Positions 48,608 through 60,600 of a stretch of DNA of 64,000 bases are shown here, piece by piece. Source of the DNA: Macrostomum lignano. Lineage: Eukaryota. How positions within the stretch are numbered: position 1 is the stretch's first letter; the number at the start of each line of letters is the position of its first letter. The notes under the pieces are model-generated. The model was given only the letters and a program-made list of their open reading frames with translations, was not told the origin of the DNA and did no database searches. The DNA is taken from assembly GCA_002269645.1 (NCBI GenBank), contig NIVC01002871.1, positions 62,001 to 126,000 of the forward strand, given 5' to 3'. Position numbers and translations under genes: made by a program.

Positions 48608-51600
48608 ATGCCCTTTAAACAGCAACCGACCGCTGGCATCGTGGCTTTGACGTCTCGGCCACGATTCACTCTTCTCCTGACGTTGCTGCTCAGCTTGAGC
48701 AGTCAAGCAAATCCAGCCAGAGGCGTCAGCGCCGGCAGAAAGTGGCGCCGACTGCCGCGCGCCGGACTGATTGAATGCGGTCATGAGTTCAACGACCTGC
48801 AGTCCAAGTGGCTGCTGGCTCCGCTGATTGTACGCGCTAGCTGGACGCCGCCGCCGCGACAACACGGGTATCGTCGGCATGACCAGCCGCTGCTCAACCT
48901 GACGGTGACTGTTCACTCCGTGCTCAAGGCTGACTCGCCGCGCCTGCAGGCTCACATTGACGGGATCAGAGAGACTCTAGTTGGCGAGTTCAGCCACCAA
49001 TTTCGGCGCCGGCTGCAAAGGCTGTCCTGCACTCCGTCTGCTGACCGAACTGGTGCATACTCAGCCAAAGGCTATATCCTGTTTCTGAAGCCGACTGGTC
49101 TGAGCAACTACTTCCGGCATGCCTTCCTGCCGGCCAGGTTCACTCAGCACAATCTGGTCAAGATGCAGCTGGTGCAGAGTGAGCGACTTGCGCTGAACTG
49201 AGGCTGAGATGGACAGACAGACAGACGGACAAAAAAACGGACAGATGGACAGGATGAGATCGACAGGCAAATAGACTAAGAACGACAGACAGACAGACAA
49301 GTTACGAGCGTAAGGTGACCAGACAGACAGGAAGGCTAAGATAGACAGACAGACAGACAGACAGGCTAAGATTGCGAGCCGGACGAGAGAAAAGACCCAG
49401 CTAATCAAAGCTCTGCAGTCAGTGGTGATTATTTAGTATTACCCCTCCCCTGCCACTGCGTCAGTAAAATGATGAGCCGGTAGGTGCAGGCGGCAATGCC
49501 TAATTTGCGCAAGAAATGAGATAAAAAATGCCAAAAATAATTTTATTTTTTATTGACGGAGCTTACATTATGAGCTAAAAACAGCATTTCAAAAGTACAA
49601 GATGTACTTTATTGCAATCAAAGTACTACGTCTTGGAGACCCCACAACTTGCTACAAGCTACTGAAAGTTCCCGTACACTTTTAAAAAAGTGCATCTGTA
49701 CCCGAAATAAAAGTGCACATGAACTTGTGAGCAAAAAGTACTACTAATCTTCATGCAAACGCTTCTCCAACCCAGCGAGCCCGCCAGCGTTGACTGGCCG
49801 CATTCGATATCGATGGAAGCGTCGGGGGCCGCGACGGCCCCGGCGGAGAAATCGACGCGGACGTCGACTCCCACAGAAGCCGTCGAGCCTGCGCCTGTCC
49901 TGCAGCGCCGAGGGCAGCCCGCCGCCTCGAGCTCGCTGGCTCAAAGACGGACGAGATGTCGTCGACGCGACGAACTCGGCAGGCGGCAGACGGGACATCC
50001 GGGTGGTGGCCAGGATCAAGAAAAGGTACCGCTTTCGGTTTTGCTTTGTATGCTTTCTCTTCTACATCCTCCGCTGCTCCTCCTTCCGCTCCTACCATCA
50101 TCCTCCTCCATCCTCCATCCTCCATCCTCCATCCTCCACCATCCTCCTCTCTCCACCATTCTCCTCTCTCCTCCATCCTCCTCCATCCTCCACCATCCTC
50201 CTCTCTCCACCATTCTCCTCTCTCCTCCATCCTCCTCCATCCTCCACCATCCTCCTCTCTCCACCATTCTCCTCTCTTCTCCATCCTCCACCACCCTCCT
50301 CTCTCCACCATTCTCCTCTCTCCTCCATCCTCCTCCATCCTCCACCATCCTCCTCTCTCCACCATTCTCCTCTCTTCTCCATCCTCCACCACCCTCCTCT
50401 CTCCACCATCCTCCTCTCTCCTCCATCCTCCTCCATCCTCCACCATCCTCCTCTCTCCACCATTCTCCTCTCTCCTCCATCCTCCTCCATCCTCCACCAT
50501 CCTCCTCTCTCCACCATTCTCCTCTCTTCTCCATCCTCCACCACCCTCCTCTCTCCACCATTCTCCTCTCTCCTCCATCCTCCTCCATCCTCCACCATCC
50601 TCCTCTCTCCACCATTCTCCTCTCTTCTCCATCCTCCACCACCCTCCTCTCTCCACCATCCTCCTCTCTCCTCCATCCTCCTCCATCCTCCACCCTCCTC
50701 CATCATCCTACATCCTCCATCCTCCTCCATCCCCCGCAGAGGCCAGCTGGTGACCACCCGGTTGGTCCTGAAGCGGCCGACACAGTCAGCTGTGGGCAAC
50801 TTCAGCTGCCAGTTCTACAATCTTTATGGCAATGCCAGCGCTTCTATTGCTGTCAGAGGTGAGTCTATTTACTAAGTGCATATTTACCTTTTGTAAACAG
50901 AAATATTCTTGTTAAATTAAACCTACTACTACTACTACTACTACTGCCGAGTAGCAGTAGTGTAGTGTGTACTTTCTCTAAACCGTATAGTAGAATTTCT
51001 ACCAGCCAATCAGCGCAAAGCCTTCAGTAAGATTGATTGCATTGAATTCGATAAGCTGTGGCGGCTGATTCTTGATTTATTATCAAGTGTGTGCGAGGGA
51101 GGGGAATCATCTCATTCTGTTCATCGAATTTCTGCCTGCCGGACTGCAACAACTACTAGCTGAAGACAAAATGCCAGCGGACTCAGGAAGCAGCGGATTT
51201 CTTGCCGCCCCGAACAGCGCCAGGGCCAGGCAAGGTTGGTCAAATCCGGGGCGACCTCTGTTGCAAACTATTTATATAGAATTTTTTGTTTTGTCTCAAA
51301 AACTTTGTTCGGTTTCAAGGCTTCAAGGTCATGACCTCATTGTCATTAGATCCCATGTCATGACCTCATTGTCATTAGATCCCATGTCATGACCTCATTG
51401 TAGTTAGATCCAAAGTCATGACCTCCTTTTGGCTAGATTCGAGGACATGACCTCCTTTTGGTTAGATTCGAGGAAATGATTGCGGTTAGATTCGAGGACA
51501 TGACCTCATTGCGGTTAGATTCGAGGACATGACCTCATTGCGGTTAGATTTGAGGACATGACCTCATTGCGGTTAGATTTGAGGACATGACCTCATTGCA

Positions 51601-54600
51601 GTTAGATTCGAGGACATGACCTCATTGCGGTTAGATTCGAGGACATGACCTCATTGCGGTTAGATTCGAGGACATGACCTCATTGCGGTTAGATTCGAGG
51701 ACATGACCTCATTGCGGTTAGATTTGAGGACATGACCTCATTGCGGTTAGATTCGAGGACATGACCTCATTGCGGTTAGATTCGAGGACATGACCTCATT
51801 GCGGTTAGATTCGAGGACATGACCTCATTGCAGTTAGATTCGAGGACATGACCTCATTGCGGTTAGATTCGAGGACATGACCTCATTGCGGTTAGATTCG
51901 AGGACATGACCTCATTGCGGTTAGATTCGAGGACATGACCTCATTGCGGTTAGATTCGAGGACATGACCTCATTGCAGTTAGATTCGAGGACATGACCTC
52001 ATTGCGGTTAGATTCGAGGACATGACCTCATTGCGGTTAGATTCGAGGACATGACCTCATTGCGGTTAGATTCGAGGACATGACCTCATTGCGGTTAGAT
52101 TCGAGGACATGACCTCATTGCGGTTAGATTCGAGGACATGACCTCATTAGCACAACCTGTGGGTATCCTGCACTCGCACTTCCGCAATCAATGCTTCAAC
52201 GCAGGCGAATCTCTAGCATTATGCCATCTTTGACTGAACAGCCAGTCCTAGCAAGAGAAGTATTGCAGGGTTTTGGCGAGACTAGACCCCTCCATACACA
52301 GGCACACACACACTAGTTAGTAGTAAATATTTTAAAGCTCGTGTTCTCAAAACTCCCACGCTTATTTGCTCAAGCGCTGCAATTGATGACTGCGGGGGTT
52401 GGCTGGACTCAAGCTGCGGTTTCTAGCTCGTATACCTCTCGCTGTCATTCACTAGCAATGGAATCTCATTCTCAGGTTGTGCCGCTGGGGGGGGGGGGGG
52501 TTGGTTGAGGCGAGCCTGGGGAAGTGTGTGTACTCGAGTGTCTCATTGTCACAGAGTCCCTCTGTCTGCGGCAGCGAGGCTGCACAGACGCAGGGAGACA
52601 GAGAGAGAGAGAGGAGATAGAGAAGGCTGGTCAGTGAAATGCGGTAGAAGATGCCACTAATGCAACAGCTGGTTGAAGACTATATAATTTTGAAAGAAAA
52701 AAACGCAAAAGAGCAGATCTTCTTTTGGGCAGTGCTCGAATATTTCAGATTTATTAAATGAACCCATAGCTTTGGCTGAAGATTTAGCTTAAGCCGCAAT
52801 CCCTATTTATGCTGATAAAAATTGCATTACAGTTTCCGACATTTTCGCCGATATGGGGCAGTCGCAGTCAACTACTCGTACAAGTGAGTGACTTCTCTGT
52901 ACTGTTGCAACAAAGGTTTAGTTAGGCATTGACAGCCTTTCGTTTGGAGTATCTAGCTCGTACTTGGAAGGGAATGGACACTGCTGTCTATGGCATTCAA
53001 GAGATTAGCACCTCATTCTTTTCTTTCCTCCATGGCCTGGCCGCAGCGCAAAAACCCCGGGGTTAAGACCATAGACAGCAGCAACAGCAACTATGTCTGT
53101 GGCCTAAACCCTTGGGCTTTTGGGGCCTCGGAGACGGCCGATAAATGCATTAGTGAATGCTGGTGTGCCACATCAATATAGAATTTCTTAGAAAAATAGT
53201 TTGACTACTAGCAATCTTCGCCCCCCGTTGGGGGACATCTGTATAGAATCTCTGTTCTCTACAAGTAACAGAAAGATAGCCAAATAAAGCTTTCACAAAG
53301 AAAACAGACAAACTACTCAAATGAAGTGAAATGCAAAAAGAAATCATCCCAAGACAGCAAGCATGCCCCAGATAGCAAGCATCCCCAGATGGCAAGCACC
53401 CTCAGATAGCAAGCATCCCCAGATAGCAAGCATCCCCAGATAGCAAGCATCCCCCAGATAGCAAGCATCCCCCAGATAGCAAGCATGCCCCAGATAGCAA
53501 GCATCCTCAGATAGCAAGCATCCCCCAGATAGCAAGCATCCCCAGATAGCAAGCATCCCCAGATAGCAAGCATCCCCCAGATAGCAAGCATCCCCAGATA
53601 GCAAGCATCCCCCAGATAGCAAGCATCCCCCAGATAGCAAGCATCCCCCAGATAGCAAGCATGCCCCAGATAGCAAGCATCCCCAGATAGCAAGCATCCC
53701 CCAGATAGCAAGCATCCCCCAGATAGCAAGCATCCCCCAGATAGCAAGCATCCCCCAGATAGCAAGCATCCCCCAGATAGCAAGCATCCCCCAGATAGCA
53801 AGCATGCCCCAGATAGCAAGCATCCCCAGATAGCAAGCATCCCCCAGATAGCAAGCATCCCCCAGATAGCAAGCATCCCCCAGATAGCAAGCATCCCCCA
53901 GATAGCAAGCATCCCCCAGATAGCAAGCATCCCCAGATAGCAAGCATCCCCCAGATAGCAAGCATCCCCCAGATAGCAAGCATCCCCCAGATAGCAAGCA
54001 TCCCCCAGATAGCAAGCATCCCCCAGATAGCAAGCATCCCCAGATAGCAAGCATCCCCCAGATAGCAAGCATCCCCAGATAGCAAGCATCCCCAGATAGC
54101 AAGCATCCCCAGATAGCAAGCATCCCCCAGATAGCAAGCAAGTCACTCAGCAACATATTTAAGTTTCCACCCCGAAACCAGTGATCAACTTTTCTCAGAT
54201 CCCAGTCCCGAGTGACGCAATCCTCGTGTCTCAACCGTGAATGGCTTAAGCTGGTGAGGAGAGAGTGGAGAGTTTTGGCTAGAGTTGAATTAAAACTGCC
54301 ACTTGCTGACCAGTGGTTTGAGGGTGGAAACTTTGACATGTTGCTGAGTGTAATAATGACAATAATAACTGATTACACCTACCCTAATGGCCAGATGTGC
54401 AACCGACAGCCCCAGCTATTGCGCGGCGCATCTGAAGACTGCGTACGGCTGTTCAGTCCAAGGACTGGGGGGTCGCCACACATACCTTCAATTACCCCAG
54501 CTAATGCTGGCACCCATTTTACAACTGGGTGAACTGAAGCAATGCAGAGTGAAGTGCTTTGCTCAAGGACACAAATTGTCCCGAGTGGGTCGAGAATCGA

Positions 54601-57600
54601 ACCCCCGACCTTTCAGTCGTGAGTCCGACGCTCTAACCACTAGGCTCCAGCCCCCTTGACACTGTTAAGTGTACAGGCTCGATAGTTAATAACTATTGAC
54701 TCAAGAGTTAGGCTGACAAATTTGATTTCTACCGATATGTAGCGTTGATAACTTTGTTAGCTCTATGAGTTAAGCTGGAAGAGTTGATTTCGACCGATAC
54801 ACTCGTACACAATACAGCGTAGACAGTTTCGATCGAGAAACAATACACTGAACAGATGGTGGCAACAATTGTTAGTTGAGATCAATAGCATTTTGCCGTC
54901 AATTGTTTGCTAATCTTAACTGACGATTTTATTGTAACATCGGTCCTCGAAACCTTAACCCTCGCGTTGTTTGCTTTCACCGTTCAGTGGCCACAACGCC
55001 CCCGCCGACTCGCTACCTGTGCGATTCGAGCTCGATGACCCGCTGCCTGCACGGCGGCACCTGCTATTATGACCAACTGAACAGCCGGCCCTACTGCATG
55101 TGAGTTGCTCAGCTGCTGTATAAAAGAAAGGCAAGGCCCTGTTATGTAACTTTCACTGTTTTTTTACAGTAACGGCTAATACAATTCAACTGGAACTCAA
55201 GTCCTACAGGTGATAAGGGAGAGAATACGAGCCGTAGTGAGGGAGAGAGAGGTAGAGAGAGAGAAGCGAGTAGCTTTCGAAAAAGCACTAGAGTTAAGCT
55301 GATACAGTTTCTTCGACCGATATGTAGCGACAATAACTTTGCTAGCTCTAAATTTTACCTGGTGAAGTTGATTTCTACCGATATGTATTGTTAATAACTT
55401 TATTAGCTCAAGATTCAAGTTGGAAGAGTTGATTTCTACCGATATGTATTGTTAATAACTTTATTAGCTCAAGATTCAAGTTGGAAGAGTTGATTTCTAC
55501 CGATATGTATTGTTAATAACTTTATTAGCTCAAGATTCAAGTTGGAAGAGTTGATTTCTACCGATATGTATCGTTAATAACTTAATTGGCTCAAGATTCA
55601 AGTTGGAAGAGTTGATTTCTACCGATATGTATTGTTAATAACTTTATTAGCTCAAGATTCAAGTTGGAAGAGTTGATTTCTACCGATATGTATCGTTAAT
55701 AACTTAATTGGCTCAAGATTCAAGTTGGAAGAGTTGATTTCTACCGATATGTATCGTTAATAACTTAATTGGCTCAAGATTCAAGTTGGAAGAGTTGATT
55801 TCTACCGATATGTATTGTTAATAACTTTATTAGCTCAAGATTCAAGTTGGAAGAGTTGATTTCTACCGATATGTATCGTTAATAACTTAATTGGCTCAAG
55901 ATTCAAGTTGGAAGAGTTGATTTCTACCGATATGTATTGTTAATAACTTTATTGGCTCAAGATTCAAGTTGGAAGAGTTGATTTCTACCGATATGTATCG
56001 TTAATAACTTAATTGGCTCAAGATTCAAGTTGGAAGAGTTGATTTCTACCGATATGTATCGTTAATAACTTAATTGGCTCAAGATTCAAGTTGGAAGAGT
56101 TGATTTCTACCGATATGTATCGTTAATAACTTTATTGGCTCAAGATTCAAACAGGAAAAGTTGATTTCTACCGATATGTATTGTTGATAACTTTGTTGGC
56201 TAAGCTGGATAAGCTAGCAAAGTTAATTTCCACCGATATGTAGCGAAAACAATTTTGTCAAAAGCATAGGTCTATTCGGCAGGAGTTCACCTCGCATCCA
56301 GAAGTAACCGGGCAGAGAGACGGGACCTGATTGCTGAAGGGACACGAGTACTCAGAAATCCATATTGGCGATTGCTCCCACTTCCTTAAGGCAGGCAGGC
56401 TCAAGGAACAAGCATAGGTTTTCCTGCACCCAGCGTGTGGTGTCAGATCGACTGTCTCCTCGTACTCCACAGCGATTTATATTTCCGAATATTTTAAAGC
56501 ACAAGATGGACTAACTGAGATTGGCGGGCAGCAGAGCAAACACTGGATAGGAATTCAGCCATGAAAATTGGAGCTTGTGCTGCAGAGCAAACAGACCTCT
56601 CCTTGCTAGCTTGATTTTTCTGTTCTCAAATGTTTAAACCCGCGCTTAAGCCTGCGCTTTGGAGACTTTCGCATCCAGTTTTTATCTTCATCAAAGTTCC
56701 GCGAGTCTGGACTAGCCTGCGCACCTCATCGCCGATCAATCAATCAGAGAGCGGCGGAGAGTGCATCAGCTGCTATTTGGCCTCTTGCGGTTGCCCGCTA
56801 AGCCTCATCTCAGCGCGCAGTCTCTCCAATTCTCGGCCGAGCTCGATTGCTCATTTTGCCTGGCCCTCACCACCTGCCCCTCACTGCCTGCCCCTCACCG
56901 CCTTCCCCTCACTGCCTGCCCCTCACCGCCTGCCCCTCACTGCCTGCCCCTCACCGCCTTCCCCTCACCGCCTTCCCCTCACCGCCTGTCCCTCACCGCC
57001 TTCCCCTCACCGCCTTCCCCTCACCGCCTTCCCCTCACCGCCTTCCCCTCACCGCCTGTCCCTCACCGCCTTCCCCTCACCGCCTTCCCCTCACCGCCTT
57101 CCCCTCACCGCCTTCCCCTCAACGCCTTCCCCTCAACGCCTTCCCCTCACCGCCTTCCCCTCACCGCCTTCCCCTCAACGCCTTCCCCTCAACGCCTTCC
57201 CCTCACCGCCTGTCCCTCCCCGCCTGTCCCTCACCGCCTGGCCCTCCCCGCCTGTCCCTCCCCGCCTGTCCCTCACCGCCTGCCCCTCACTGCCTGCCCC
57301 TCACCGCCTTCCCCTCACCGCCTTCCCCTCACCGCCTGGCCCTCCCCGCCTGTCCCTCCCCGCCTGTCCCTCACCGACTGCCCCTCACTGCCTGCCCCTC
57401 ACCGCCTTCCCCTCACCGCCTTCCCCTCACCGCCTTCCCCTCACCGCCTTCCCCTCACCGCCTTCCCCTCACCGCCTTCCCCTCAACGCCTTCCCCTCAA
57501 CGCCTTCCCCTCACCGCCTTCCCCTCACCGCCTTCCCCTCACTGCCTGCCCCTCACCGCCTGGCCCTCACCGCCTGGCCCTCACCGCCTGTCCCTCCCCG

Positions 57601-60600
57601 CCTGCTCCTCCTCGCCTGCCCCCTAATCGCCTGGCCCTCACCGCCTGTCCCTCCCCACCTGCCCCCTAATCGCCTGCCCCTCACCGCCTGTCTTTCCCCG
57701 CCTGCCCCTCACCGCCTGCCCCTCACCGCCTGTCCCTCCCCGCCTGCCCCCTAATCGCCTGCCCCTCACCGCCTGCCCCTCCCCGCCTGCCCCCTAATCG
57801 CCTGGCCCTCACCGCCTGCCCCTCCCGCCTGCCCCCTAATCGCCTGGCCCTCACCGCCTGGCCCTCACCGCTTGTCCTTCTCCGCTGCCCCTCTCCGCTT
57901 CCCTCAGCCTCCAACCAATATATGTCTCGTATTCTCCTCTCTTCTATTCTCATTGAATCCCCTGTGACGCACACACCAACTCTCTCTCTACCAGCTTCTC
58001 TCCCAAAGCTTCTGCCACTCAGTCGCTCGAGTGCCCTCCAAGTCTATCAGTTTTCCCGCCTTCATAGCGCACTGGAGCATCATTATCCAATCCCGCTTAG
58101 AAGTCCCAAAATCCCCAATAGTCGCCCTAACTAGCAGCCTTCTCCCTTCCCCAGCCATCACTCGAATTCATTTCGAATCCTGTCGCAGGATCTGATTAAT
58201 CGCCCCTCGCCTCCTTACCCTCCTCCCCACTACCAATGGAATTCCCCTGGCTGCAGTGCGCGCCAGAGAGCGTTGTTAACAGGCGAATATTGCGCTGATT
58301 TTCAGCGACGCAGATTTTTTTATTCATCACAGGCCGCTCCCTGCTGGGCCCTTGGGGACCAATTTAGCCTGCAATTTGGCCGGGCAGTCACATATCGAGG
58401 CACTTCTGTTCCTGTCTCAGTTCTGGACTTTCGCTGACCCTCCCACTCTCTGCTCTCTTTTATGCTAAGGCGCTGTTCTAAAAGTACAGCATGAGAAAGA
58501 GGGGACTAAAATGCTCAATTAGGGGGCAGGGCAGCTCAGCCGTTAAACGTGTCTGAATCTCGGGCAGCGACTCCTTTGGTTTGATACCTTGCGCGCGCAG
58601 ACTCCAAGCTCATCTGGGGCTTGTGCGCGAAAACTGGGCTGGGGGTTGTCGTGCGTACAGTATCTGCGTACAGCTGGAGTCTCCACAGCCTTCCTGCATT
58701 ATCTGTTGAATATAAACCGCTCGTCTACTCATTGCAATTTAAATTCGCGCCAAAATCCGGAAATTTTTCAAATCACAATTACGCTCGTAGTTGAATGTTT
58801 TTCTTTTTTGTTTTGCTTAAAATGACGATTTGATTCCAGATGCCCGAGCCCGTACACTGGTCTCATTTGCGAAAAATTTGATGATGACGCTTTTGAGCAG
58901 AGTGAGTCATATGAGTCATAGTTTCGACCAGCCTATGTTTGTTAAAACGATTGTCAAATTGGCGTTTCTGCTGGTTTTAAATAACACGATAACTCAAAAC
59001 AAAATTTTATTGCTGCTACTGAATCAAAATTGATTTTCTAAACTCCTTTCACACAAGTTGAGGTCAACTTCTTGACAATAAATCTAGACAAAGTCAAGGA
59101 TCTGGCTAATAAAGAGTTTGTTTTACAAGCTAAATGTATAACTGCTTTGCTGATATAATATTTTCAACTAACATTTGCTAATCTTTTTATAATTAATGAA
59201 ACAGGCTAAGCCAGATGACACGTCACCCCACCCTATCGAATCATGCTTTTAATTACAGGTGCCTCACCACGGCTGCGGAGGCGGCTCGTCACCATGGGAA
59301 TTGCGTTGAATTCCAGCGTAATTATCAGGCCGGGGGATCTGAGCGACTTTGAGGGGATTTCAGGATAGGGAAAGACCGTTGTTAGGAAAATTAATTATTT
59401 TAAAAAAATTATTCTAAATTAGAAAAAGGATATTTGTTTCAGAATGAGAAATTCGGAGTTCAGAATGAGAAATCTGGAGTTCAGAATGAGAAATCTGGAG
59501 TTCAGAATGAGAAATCTGGAGTTCAGAATGAGAAATCTGGAGTTCAGAATGAGAAATCTGGAGTTCAGAATGAGAAATCTGGAGTTCAGAATGAGAAATC
59601 TGGAGTTCAGAATGAGAAATCGGGAATTCAAAATGAGAAATAAGAAAAGTCATGATTCAGAACAGGCTTGAGAATTAAATGTCATCGACTTTGGAAATAT
59701 CTGAGGAGAAATGCATTTAGATGTTTACCAGAATTCAGCATAACTAGAACCGCACCCTCAGATGACCAGAAGCAAACAGCTTGAATAGCCGCCCGCCTAC
59801 CCTTTCCAGTCCGCTTAGTGGTGTATCCTCATTACCCGGAGACTGCCTGCGACTCGGTCCACTGAAAATCCTCGCTTAAAATCTGCCCATTTACGGCCTC
59901 ACTGATGTCTCTCCTTAGCCCGAATTCTCTCGCCCCTGCACCCAAGTACACGGGCTTCTGCTTGCACTTTCCGGTCCAGTGGATCCAGAAATTCCTGTCA
60001 GTCTCTTTGCCGAGCGCCTACTGGTGGGCAAAACTAGCCAAGAAGTTATCCTCAACCCACTAGAATTCCCTCCGCCCTGTGAGAGCAGTGTTTAGCAGCT
60101 GGGCGGGTCGATGCGGGAGTTCGATCCGAAACGGGACCCGGCTGATTTTTGTAGTGCAGTACGGAAATGGGACGGGAGAGAGACAGGGAGAGAGTGACTG
60201 CGGGGAGGGAGAAACCCAACCTAGAAAAGGGAAGTACAAATTGAGGTTTGAATCTACAAGCTGGCATTAGGCATCCAGTGAGAATCATTAGGCTGGCATT
60301 AGGCATCCAGTTAGAATCATTAGGCTGGCATTAGGCATCCAGTTAGAATCATTAGGCTGGCATTAGGCATCCAGTTAGAATCATTAGGCTGGCATTAGGC
60401 ATCCAGTTAGAATCATTAGGCTGGCATTAGGCATCCAGTTAGAATCATTAGGCTGGCATTAGGCATCCAGTTAGAATCATTAGGCTGGCATTAGGCATCC
60501 AGTTAGAATCATTAGGCTGGCATTAGGCATCCAGTTAGAATCATTAGGCTGGCATTAGGCATCCAGTTAGAATCATTAGGCTGGCATTAGGCATCCAGTT

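Noticed and set aside
49751-50875. Long EEDGG and PPSS ORFs
   Set aside because: Pyrimidine repeat intron; only 49776-50025 and 50740-50858 are exonic.
54580-54655. Functional tRNA gene
   Set aside because: The tRNA-like head continues into a repeated SINE body and lacks a proper acceptor stem.
53313-57754. Cys-rich and Pro-rich long ORFs
   Set aside because: Products of the 18-19 bp and 15-bp arrays.
59881-60063. Frame containing KYTGFC as an alternative EGF C-terminal exon
   Set aside because: No acceptor gives C4-x-C5 in phase 2, and there is a stop just upstream.
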